DNA of 64,000 nt. Origin: Vampirovibrionales bacterium. GTDB lineage: Bacteria; Cyanobacteriota; Vampirovibrionia; Vampirovibrionales; JAJTHC01. The notes below the pieces were generated by a model. It was not told the origin of the DNA and searched no databases. It saw only the letters and a program-made list of their open reading frames with translations. The stretch covers positions 66,980-130,979 of the forward strand of contig JBIKTR010000004.1 in assembly GCA_044348005.1 (NCBI GenBank). Reading direction: 5' to 3'. Positions 9,699 to 17,207 of the stretch are shown here, one piece after another; the first letter of the stretch is position 1; each line of letters begins with the position of its first letter. The position numbers and the translations under genes were made by a program.

Positions 9699-10859
9699 AT
9701 GCCCATGAATCAGTTTAAAGATGCGTCTATTGTTCTAACTGGCGGGGGTACGGGTGGTCACCTCTACCCAGCGCTTGCCGTGGCCGATGCCTTGGTGCGC
9801 GATTTCAGCTTCCCGCTAGAAAACATCACCTATATTGGCAATGAAGCCAGTTTAGAATCTCAAAAAGTGCCCACTAAAGGCATTCCCTTTCTTCCACTGG
9901 TCAGCCATGGCATGCCACGTTCCAAAAACCCGCTGGCTCTGCTGAAATGGGCGTTTGAAATGCTTAAAGCCACGGCTTTGGCCGCACGGTATTTAAAGGC
10001 CTTAAACGCCCAAGCCGTTCTAGGCACAGGGGGCTATGTGTCAGGCCCCGTGTTACTGGCGGCGTTTGCCTTAAAAATCCCTTTTGTGGTGCATGAAAGC
10101 GATGCCATCCCCGGACTCGTCAACCGATTGATGGCGCCCAAAGCCCGCGTCGTAACAGGTTCTTTTCCCGAAGTTCAAACCCGCCTAAAGCTCAAGCATG
10201 AACGCTTTCGGCTCACAGGGAACCCCGTCAATGAACGCATCGGCCAACTCAGTAAAGCAGACGCATTGACACAACTGGCGTATCTCCTGCCCCCAAACTG
10301 GAAAGAGTCTGACAAAATACTGCTGGTACTCGGCGGTTCGCAAGGGGCGTTAAGTCTGAATGAAGCCGTCTTTAATCAGGTAGAAGCGTTGATTGAGGCG
10401 GGCTATAAAATTGTGCATCAGTGTGGAAGCAAACATGTTCAGGGGTTGAAACAGGCGTTTCTTCAAAAATACGGCAGTGAAACCCCCTTTAATCAGGATT
10501 ATGTGTACCTGCCGTATATTGAAAACATGCCCGCGCTGTGGGCCTTGGCTGATGTGGCCCTATGCCGTGCGGGTTCCATGACGCTTTCAGAACTCTTTGC
10601 GTCTGAAACGCCCGCCATTTTGGTGCCTTACCCCTATGCGGCGCAAAATCACCAAGTCGCCAATGCCCGTGCAGTCGAAGCCCAAGGGGCTGCTCGTGTG
10701 GTGTTAGACGCCGAACTTAAGCGCGTTTCAATCGTTGAAGCGCTTAAGGCCCTTTGCCCCACGCAAGCCGACGCCTTAGCCATCAAGCAGGCGCTTAAAC
10801 AACTGGCCAAGCCCCACGCCACAAAAGCGATTGCGGAAATTTTACTTCAACTCTTATAG
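9699..10859 (+). CDS. murG: Undecaprenyldiphospho-muramoylpentapeptide beta-N-acetylglucosaminyltransferase
   Basis: LTGGGTGGHLYPALAVADAL N-terminal motif; GT28 C-terminal domain; ATG with AAGG RBS. Confidence 0.9.
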   Translation: MPMNQFKDASIVLTGGGTGGHLYPALAVADALVRDFSFPLENITYIGNEASLESQKVPTKGIPFLPLVSHGMPRSKNPLALLKWAFEMLKATALAARYLKALNAQAVLGTGGYVSGPVLLAAFALKIPFVVHESDAIPGLVNRLMAPKARVVTGSFPEVQTRLKLKHERFRLTGNPVNERIGQLSKADALTQLAYLLPPNWKESDKILLVLGGSQGALSLNEAVFNQVEALIEAGYKIVHQCGSKHVQGLKQAFLQKYGSETPFNQDYVYLPYIENMPALWALADVALCRAGSMTLSELFASETPAILVPYPYAAQNHQVANARAVEAQGAARVVLDAELKRVSIVEALKALCPTQADALAIKQALKQLAKPHATKAIAEILLQLL

Positions 10860-11025
10860 TTCATAAACAATTAAGAAATTACCCCTTGCATTATTTAAAT
10901 AAGTCGTTCATAATGGTGAAGATGGTTCTTTGAAATTTTCATATACATGTAATGACCCACCAAAAAAGGCAAGTGCTTACGAGGTTTAAACCCCTTTGGC
11001 ACGACGCTGTTTTTTAAAGACATGG

Positions 11026-11462
11026 GGTCGTTCTGGACTTGACAGGACGAATTCTTGTGACTGGGTTGCGCGTCGAGGACGCTTAATCCTCGTTAATCCT
11101 GAGCAAAACAATAAATGCAGAAACTCAAACTGCTCGCAACAATGTTGTTGCTTTTGCACGTCCAGTACGTGCAAAAATCGCTGCTTAATTCTTTTAAGTA
11201 GTAAACATTGCTTGTTCCCACACATGCTATCATGCTGCTAAGGTGGGCTTGCTAATTCGCATGACCATGCTGAAAGACTCATTGGCTCTTCAGTACAGCG
11301 TATGCGTCAATGCGTCCGAACACGGACGTAAAACGGGTTAAAGTTCGTGGTGAACTGGGGTACACAGCTACCACGAAACGAAACACTCTAAAGTTACCTA
11401 CACGCGTAGACGCCTGGAGGCAATCGTTTTGGACGAGGGTTCGATTCCCTCCGACTCCACCA
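11026..11462 (+). ncRNA. ssrA: Transfer-messenger RNA (ssrA)
   Basis: 5' GGGGUCGUUCUGGACUUGACAGGACG and 3' GGACGAGGGUUCGAUUCCCUCCGACUCCACCA (T-arm and acceptor with G3-U70); tag frame GCU CGC AAC AAU GUU GUU GCU UUU GCA CGU...GCU GCU UAA gives ARNNVVAFARPVRAKIAA, resembling cyanobacterial ANNIV.FAR..AA tags. Confidence 0.75.
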
Positions 11463-11753
11463 TTTTTTGTGGGTCGTTACATGGTATGGATGAATCAGAC
11501 GTGTTTGTTTTGACGATGCCCTGAATCTCCCGGTTTTTAGATTTTTTCCAAAACATCCTTTTTTGAAGAACGATTAAAGTTCCTATTTTAGTGTTTCTGC
11601 TGAAGATCTCTCGGTACTTGGTTGGTTAGTGATCAGATTTTCGGTTGACGTTTTGATTTTGAAAAACTTCCCGTTTTTTTGCGATAGTTCGCCAGTTGCA
11701 AAAAAATGTTTTACTCTGTTGGCGGAACTTATTTTGATTAGGAACTTTTGATT

Positions 11754-12131
11754 ATGAAATTATATGTGGGCAACGTGCCTTTTTCTGCGAACGATGATGA
11801 ATTGTTGGCGTTATTTGTAGACTGTGGCGAAGTGCAGTCTTGCCGCATCGTGATGGATCGTGAAACGGGCCGTTCTCGTGGATTCGCGTTTGTTGAAATG
11901 GACAACGACGAAGAAGCGAAAGTTGCCATTGAACGTTTAGATGGATTTGACATGAACGGTAAAGTCTTACGCGTCAACGAAGCACGTCCTCGTGAAGCGC
12001 GTCCAGTCGGCGGTGGCGGTGGCTATCGTGGCGGCGGCGGCGGCGGTGGCTATCGTGGCGGCGGCGGTGGCGGTGGACGCTCCGGTGGCGGCGGCTACGG
12101 CGGCGGCGGTGGTGGCGGTGGACGCTGGTAG
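11754..12131 (+). CDS. RRM-type glycine-rich RNA-binding protein
   Basis: RNP2 LYVGNV and RNP1 RGFAFVEM motifs; C-terminal GGGYRGGGGGG repeats; ~290 nt leader upstream. Confidence 0.85.
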   Translation: MKLYVGNVPFSANDDELLALFVDCGEVQSCRIVMDRETGRSRGFAFVEMDNDEEAKVAIERLDGFDMNGKVLRVNEARPREARPVGGGGGYRGGGGGGGYRGGGGGGGRSGGGGYGGGGGGGGRW

Positions 12132-12195
12132 TCCTCTACCCTCGTTTCATGGCTAAACCCGACAGACGTTTTGAATAATTTCATAGACGTTTTTC

Positions 12196-12232
12196 AACAG
12201 GTGGATTGAGTTTCAATCCACCTGTTTTGCAT
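12196..12232 (+). terminator. Intrinsic terminator after the RRM gene
   Basis: caggtggattga-gttt-caatccacctg stem followed by a TTTTG run. Confidence 0.6.
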
Positions 12233-12259
12233 GCATGGGGGCGGTTAAATCACAATTTG

Positions 12260-12850
12260 CTTCTGTTCCCTCTCCTGATTTTGGCTAGCTCCGTTTAACG
12301 CTGGTGCTTGGGTTTCTCGCTCCCTTTTTGAGCTGGTGCTGTCAGAGACCTTTGCTCGCACAAAGGTTCTCCGACACCTCTAAATGCGCTTAAGGGAGGG
12401 AGGGTCTTGGTCGCCCCCCTCCCTTAAGAATCCCACCCCTCTCGCTTTCGCTCCGTTCCTGCCGTCCGCAAAATGTCTCGGAAGCCTCGCATTTAGTGCG
12501 CCGTCGGCAAGTTTTTCAGAAACCAACTTGTTCACAATTTTAAAATGAAGTGTTGATTTTTGACTCGTTGCACCAGCCGACGTCCAAGCACTAAATCCGA
12601 GCGGGTGAGCGCACTGCGAATCCCCGAGCGATTTTGCGGACGTCCCAAAGGTGCAAGTGGAACAAGCGAAGAGGTTGAGATGGGGGGTGGATTTTTAAGG
12701 AGGGGGGAAGAGAAGGAGAGCCGCAACAACTTCCTTCTCTTCCCCCCTCCTTGAACCGCCTTTAGAGGTGTTGGAGACCTTTGGCGGAGCAAAGGTCTCT
12801 GACAACGACCAGCTATAAAAACAAACGAGAAACCCAAAATCAGGAGAGGG
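12260..12850. mobile_element. Composite MITE-like element bounded by imperfect ~100-bp terminal inverted repeats
   Basis: 12270-12400 is the reverse complement of 12730-12850 (ccctctcctgattttgg / ccaaaatcaggagaggg; tgtcagagacctttgctcgcacaaaggt / ggagcaaaggtctctgacaa); interior carries an R6 copy (reverse complement of 3661-3730) and a 50-bp perfect palindrome at 12694-12745. Confidence 0.65.
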
Positions 12851-12859
12851 CTAGGGGGG

Positions 12860-12888
12860 TTGACGGCGGTTTTTCTTTGCGTTACGAT
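12860..12888 (+). promoter_or_regulatory. Family promoter TTGACG-17-TACGAT upstream of the 12939 gene
   Basis: Aligned with TTGACA-17-TACTAT modules at 21112-21140 and 22086-22115. Confidence 0.5.
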
Positions 12889-12938
12889 TCAAACTAAAGC
12901 TCACCCGCTTTTCTCTATTTACGTCTCTCCTTCAACCG

Positions 12939-13478
12939 ATGAAAGGTGCTTTTCATGCGACTCTCGCCCTCTTACCCACGCCCCACGATGCCCTTGTCGA
13001 TGCCCCAGCCTGCGCTGACCCCCCCAATAGCAAAAGTATAGCGAATCAATCCCTCCACCAGCGCTCGGGGTTTAGTGCTGAGGAATGGCGATTTCTGAAT
13101 AGTCAATTGAGTGAAATAGCTGACCTACAATACCTTTCCAAAGACGACTTGTCTAAATCTATGATTGTTCAAGATCCTAAGGCTGTTTTCAATAGATTAC
13201 ACGAACTATTGATGCGTGGTAAATTATACATACATTGCTTAACAGAGGAAGGCTTTCTTACAAAACCACGACAGGAACAGTGGGATATAATTAACGCGTT
13301 TCATCAGGAAGAGAACATCAACCCGTCGATTTTAGCAAATAACGAAATAGATACTCCCTTGTTAATGTCACAAAGCGATAATGAAGGAGGGTTCTCTCAA
13401 GCAGAGATTAGACATTGGTGGGAAACGTTCGTAACAAGAGTAGAAGAAGTAATCAAAAACCTCACTCCCTCCCCATAG
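12939..13478 (+). CDS. Paralog-family member with recoded N-terminus (frameshift in C7 tract compensated by a new upstream ATG)
   Basis: The family-conserved ATGCGACT start is at 12955 but that frame stops at ~13040; an ACG-to-ATG change at 12939 opens a frame that rejoins the family frame after the ccccccc tract (13016-13022): NSKSIANQSLHQRSGF versus NNKSKVNNSTSALNQRQGF in the 22179 protein. Confidence 0.5.
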   Translation: MKGAFHATLALLPTPHDALVDAPACADPPNSKSIANQSLHQRSGFSAEEWRFLNSQLSEIADLQYLSKDDLSKSMIVQDPKAVFNRLHELLMRGKLYIHCLTEEGFLTKPRQEQWDIINAFHQEENINPSILANNEIDTPLLMSQSDNEGGFSQAEIRHWWETFVTRVEEVIKNLTPSP

Positions 13479-13508
13479 ACTAGCTAGGGTTTGTGCTACA
13501 ATACAGGC

Positions 13509-15698
13509 ATGGATGCCTTAGCTCTTACCCCCCTTCAACAACGATGCCAAACGTGGTCGCAACTCGCCCAAGCCCGAAATTGGTCCGCGCTTGACGCCCT
13601 TAATCAAGACACGATCAACACCCTTAAACAGGCGTGGCAAGGCCACGGCGTGCTTGCCACCCTACAATGGAACCCCCACCCCGGAGATCTGGCGGGCAAC
13701 GCGCAACTGGTGGAACAGGCCATGCAATTCGCCGAAGCCCTCGGCGCCGATGCCCTTGTGCTTCCAGAACAAACGCTCTTGGGCTACCCCTTGCGAGACA
13801 TGCTCTTGCGCTTTCCCAAGCTGGTGAAAGACAATGAATCGGCGCTACAGGCCTTGGCGTTAAAATCAGGCCACACGCGGGTTTTTGTGGGTTTTGCTGA
13901 GCGTCGTTACGACGCGGATGAAGGCTGGGGCCATTCCTGGGGCAAGCCGTATTACAACAGCGTGGCCATTTTAGGCGGGGGCGTCATTCAAGGCGTGGTG
14001 CGAAAAAGCCTGTTGCCGAATTACCATGAATTTGAAGATTCTCGGGTGTTTGAAGCCAGCGAAACCCCCGGCGTCCAGCGATGGGAACTCCCTCACCCCA
14101 ACCCTCTCCCAGAGGGAGAGGGAGTAAGACAGGGGGCTGTGGCCTTAGAACCCTCTCCCTCTGGGAGAGGGCAGGGTGAGGGTTTCGACCAGCTCGAGGG
14201 GGGGGAAGACCCTCATCCTAACCTTCTCCCAGAGGGAGAAGGAACAAAACCCCCTCACCCCAACCCTCTCCCAGAGGGAGAGGGAGTAAAAGACCCCCTC
14301 GACGCCTACGGCAACATCACCATTCACGGACGCAAGTTCGCCGTGACGGTGTGTGAAGACCTATGGGCGAACGAACCGAATCAACACCCGTGGTACAAGC
14401 AAAACGTCGTCGCCCCGCTCATGCAAGGGCATCCCGATGTGCTGGTGAACCTGTCGTCGTCGCCGTCTCGGGCGGGCAAGGAATACCGCAGGCAGTCGCT
14501 CTTGCGTTCGATTGCCACGCAGTACCGCACCCCCATTCTCTACGTCAACCAAGTCGGCGCGGTGGATGAACTCATCTTCGACGGAGGCTCTCGGTTGGTG
14601 GGGGCGCACGGCGAAATGCTCAGTCGTTCGCGCTTGTTTGAAACGCAGTTTAGCCTGCATCATCTGCAAAACACGGCCTTTCACACCCTTGAAGACTGGG
14701 TGCCTGATGTGGAACTTTCCCAACGAAGCCTGCCCAACGATGTGTTTGACCCCTACGATCCAAGCGATTTGCCGCGCACGTATGCCGCCCTGACCTGCGG
14801 GATTCGCGATTACTTCGACAAATGCGGATTCACGCGCGCGGTGTTGGGCCTTTCTGGCGGACTCGATTCCGCCGTCAATGCCGTGTTAGTGGCGGATGCC
14901 TTGGGGGCTGAAAACGTGCTAGCCTTTAGCTTTCCTTCTGAGCTCACGCCTGCTGACAATAAAGACGACGCCCTACAACTCGCCCAAAATCTTGGCATCG
15001 GCTGGGTGGAAATCCCTATTTCGGCGATGCAATCGGCGTTTTTAGAGGGCATTGACGCCGAACGCCAAACGCTAGAATCGTTGTGGGGCAAGCCGACTAG
15101 CGAAAGTTTTGCGAAAGACAACGTACAAGCCATGAGCCGTGCGACGCTGTTGAGACTCATTGGCAATGATTACCGCGCCCTGCCCATTGCCACCAGTGAC
15201 AAAAGCGAGTTTTACATGGGTTACGCCACCGTGAATGGGGATATGTCTGGGGCGTTGGCGCCGTTGGGCGATGTGTGCAAAACCAAGGTGCGCGCCTTGG
15301 CCCGCTGGATCAATCAACAGCGCGGGGGGGTGATACCGCAAGCCGTGGTGGAACGTCCTTCGGGGGCGGATTTGGCGGTGAATCCGCAAACAGGCCAACT
15401 GTTGACGGCCGAAGAAGCGTTGATGCCCTATGAAGTGATTGACGAGTTGATTTGGCGGATTGAAGCCCACCACCTAGATGCCGCCCGCCTAAGCACCCTG
15501 CTGTGGAGCTGGGAACGCACGCACGGTAGACTTGAACCCACGCAGAAGGCGGCGTGGGTGGGTAAGTTTTTTAGGCGCATGCAGGCCAGTGTGTTTAAGT
15601 GGTGGGTGGCCCCGCCGATGTTGCTGGTGGACGCCAACGGCACGCTGGCAAAATCGGCGTACCACCCCGTGATTACCGCAATGAAGACGCTATACTAG
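13509..15698 (+). CDS. nadE: Glutamine-dependent NAD+ synthetase (nitrilase domain plus NAD synthetase domain) carrying an in-frame 70-aa repeat insertion
   Basis: N-terminal CN-hydrolase region (VCEDLWA); C-terminal NadE (LGLSGGLDSAV P-loop-like SGGxDS); ATG at 13509, the ORF can extend to TTG 13491. Confidence 0.85.
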   Translation: MDALALTPLQQRCQTWSQLAQARNWSALDALNQDTINTLKQAWQGHGVLATLQWNPHPGDLAGNAQLVEQAMQFAEALGADALVLPEQTLLGYPLRDMLLRFPKLVKDNESALQALALKSGHTRVFVGFAERRYDADEGWGHSWGKPYYNSVAILGGGVIQGVVRKSLLPNYHEFEDSRVFEASETPGVQRWELPHPNPLPEGEGVRQGAVALEPSPSGRGQGEGFDQLEGGEDPHPNLLPEGEGTKPPHPNPLPEGEGVKDPLDAYGNITIHGRKFAVTVCEDLWANEPNQHPWYKQNVVAPLMQGHPDVLVNLSSSPSRAGKEYRRQSLLRSIATQYRTPILYVNQVGAVDELIFDGGSRLVGAHGEMLSRSRLFETQFSLHHLQNTAFHTLEDWVPDVELSQRSLPNDVFDPYDPSDLPRTYAALTCGIRDYFDKCGFTRAVLGLSGGLDSAVNAVLVADALGAENVLAFSFPSELTPADNKDDALQLAQNLGIGWVEIPISAMQSAFLEGIDAERQTLESLWGKPTSESFAKDNVQAMSRATLLRLIGNDYRALPIATSDKSEFYMGYATVNGDMSGALAPLGDVCKTKVRALARWINQQRGGVIPQAVVERPSGADLAVNPQTGQLLTAEEALMPYEVIDELIWRIEAHHLDAARLSTLLWSWERTHGRLEPTQKAAWVGKFFRRMQASVFKWWVAPPMLLVDANGTLAKSAYHPVITAMKTLY
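14086..14295 (+). repeat. Four palindromic repeat units inserted in frame within nadE
   Basis: R1 units at 14089-14136 and 14253-14295 and R2-like units at 14148-14196 and 14210-14250 translate as LPHPNPLPEGEGV...PSPSGRGQGEG...PHPNLLPEGEGT..PHPNPLPEGEGV between VQRWE and LDAYGNITIHG. Confidence 0.85.
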
Positions 15699-15717
15699 GG
15701 CATTTTTTGGGGGTTAT

Positions 15718-16008
15718 TTAGTTTTTTTGGGGGAAACACGGTCCTGTTCTAATCCAACCACCGTAGTCCTGTTTCAGCTTGTGGACATGATTATTCGCAG
15801 CTGGAATTGTATCAAATGGTTTAGTTTCATTTGAACCATTGTTACTAATGATAATTTTATTATTTTGGAGGCGTGCCTTTACTAATACATCGTTAACAGG
15901 AGTTAAGACTGAAGTGGGTGATGGCTGAACTCGTATTGGTCTTCTTGCAGTAAATAGGATTTCTGGTGTTTTAGTTAGTTGTACACCACATAATTGAATT
16001 AATCCCAT
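15718..16008 (-). CDS. Small hypothetical protein (~96 aa, two Cys), tandem paralog sharing its leader with 16116-16415
   Basis: Start MGLIQL placed 8 nt after the shared AAAGGAA; ORF runs up to 16107 through the homopolymer region; AT-rich. Confidence 0.4.
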   Translation of the reverse strand: MGLIQLCGVQLTKTPEILFTARRPIRVQPSPTSVLTPVNDVLVKARLQNNKIIISNNGSNETKPFDTIPAANNHVHKLKQDYGGWIRTGPCFPQKN

Positions 16009-16038
16009 AAAAATAGTTCCTTTCATTAGGAGAGTTAA

Positions 16039-16067
16039 GGGGGGGGTAAAAAGAGAGAGAGGGGGGG
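16039..16067. repeat. G8-(AG)4-G7 homopolymer/dinucleotide tract in the leader of the 15718 gene
   Basis: gggggggg taaaa agagagag ggggggg read directly. Confidence 0.9.
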
Positions 16068-16115
16068 CGTGTGGGTTGGTCAGGTGAGTGGCGCAAGCAC
16101 CACTCACCGTTGAAG

Positions 16116-16415
16116 CTAGTTAAGTAATTGCTCAAATGGTTGGTTTGTGCAAGAAGTAACTAGGTTATAACCTTGACCTGTTAGTTTATTGGCTTCCGTG
16201 TTCAAGAATCGTGCAGTAGCTTTCGTATCGCCAATGGTCTGAGTAGGAAGCCCATTTGAATAATGCACCCTGTGTGCTCCAGTACTGAACGTCGTTGTTA
16301 TTTCGATTGGGCGCTCACTACCTTTTTTGGCTACAATCTTATTGTACTGACCATTACCTGATTTATTTACACAAGCGCGGTTAAAGGTCTTTGGACCCGT
16401 TATAGTTCCTGCCAT
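16116..16415 (-). CDS. Small hypothetical protein (99 aa, two Cys), tandem paralog
   Basis: ATG 7 nt after AAAGGAA; leader ttaactctcctaatgaaaggaa identical to that of the 15718 gene and preceded by a 15-nt homopolymer. Confidence 0.45.
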   Translation of the reverse strand: MAGTITGPKTFNRACVNKSGNGQYNKIVAKKGSERPIEITTTFSTGAHRVHYSNGLPTQTIGDTKATARFLNTEANKLTGQGYNLVTSCTNQPFEQLLN

Positions 16416-16444
16416 ATTTAAATTCCTTTCATTAGGAGAGTTAA

Positions 16445-16459
16445 GGGGGGGGGGGGGGG
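16445..16459. repeat. 15-nt poly-G (poly-C on the coding strand) tract 29 nt upstream of the 16415 start codon
   Basis: Uninterrupted G15 directly abutting the conserved leader ttaactctcctaatgaaaggaa. Confidence 0.9.
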
Positions 16460-16639
16460 AGTAAATACAGAAGGTATTCTTCTGTGTCTTAATAAAAACA
16501 ATCTTTCCTTAAGAATTAACCCCCTTGTTACAATTGTTTACGTGGGGTTGTTCCCAAAAACCCCCCAACACCCTAAAAATAGTGGGGTTTAGGCACTGTT
16601 TTTATGTCGAAACCTTTGTCATACTGCAAGCGTAACCTT

Positions 16640-17175
16640 ATAGAACCCTCCCTCCTCCTAGCCTCCTCCCTTAGGGAGGAGGAACAAGAACCCCCTCACC
16701 CCAACCCTCTCCCAGAGGGAGAGGGAGTAAATACAGAACCCTCCCTCCACCTAACCTCCTCCCTAAGGGAGGAGGAACAGAACCCTCTCCCTAAGGGAGG
16801 AGGAACAAGAACCCTCTCCCTTAGGGAGCACGCCTCGCCGATGGCGGGCTACGCAGGGTGAGGGAAACGACCAGCTCCAGTGGGGAAGAGTCCCTCCTCC
16901 TAGCCTCCTCCCTTAGGGAGGAGGAACAAGAACCCTCTCCCTTAGGGAGAGGGCAGGGTGAGGGAAACGACCAGCTCCAGTCGGGAAGAGTCCCTCCTCC
17001 TAACCTTCTCCCAAAGGGAGGAGGAATAAGAACCCTCTCCCTTAGGGAGAGGGCAGGGTGAGGGAAACGACCAGCTCCAGTCGGGAAGAGTCCCTCCTCC
17101 TAGCCTCCTCCCTTAGGGAGGAGGAACAGAACCCCCTCACCCCAACCCTCTCCCAGAGGGAGAGGGGGTAAATAC
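16640..17175. repeat. BIME-like tandem mosaic array of hairpin units (families R1, R2, R3)
   Basis: About 11 units: R3 cctcctccc-tta-gggaggagg (LLLASSLREEEQ), R2 ccctctccc-tta-gggagagggcagggtgagggaaacgaccagctccag (three copies), and R1 at 16686-16730 and 17133-17175; irregular unit order with no unique spacers. Confidence 0.85.
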
Positions 17176-17207
17176 AGAACCTCAAAAAAGAAAGAGAGAC
17201 CCTGAAC

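Noticed and set aside
9533-9718. ORF MGEGWGEGFGMPYWSW... (and similar ORFs at 20839-21090 and 55925-56188)
   Set aside because: Each is an inverted R1 repeat plus its conserved extension read in an open frame; the identical peptide at three loci marks a repeat, not a gene.
11310-11513. 67-aa ORF overlapping the tmRNA 3' half
   Set aside because: It lies entirely within the ssrA structural RNA, including the T-arm; no independent support.
16604-17061. ORFs 16604-16861 and 16858-17061 encoding LLLASSLREEEQ/PHPNPLPEGEGV peptides
   Set aside because: They are translations of the hairpin repeat array itself, with no RBS and purely repetitive content; treated as non-coding repeat DNA.
16640-17175. 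Possible CRISPR array
   Set aside because: The units are of three different types in irregular order, the connecting segments are themselves repeated rather than unique, and no cas genes or leader are present. The same units occur singly all over the window, including inside genes.
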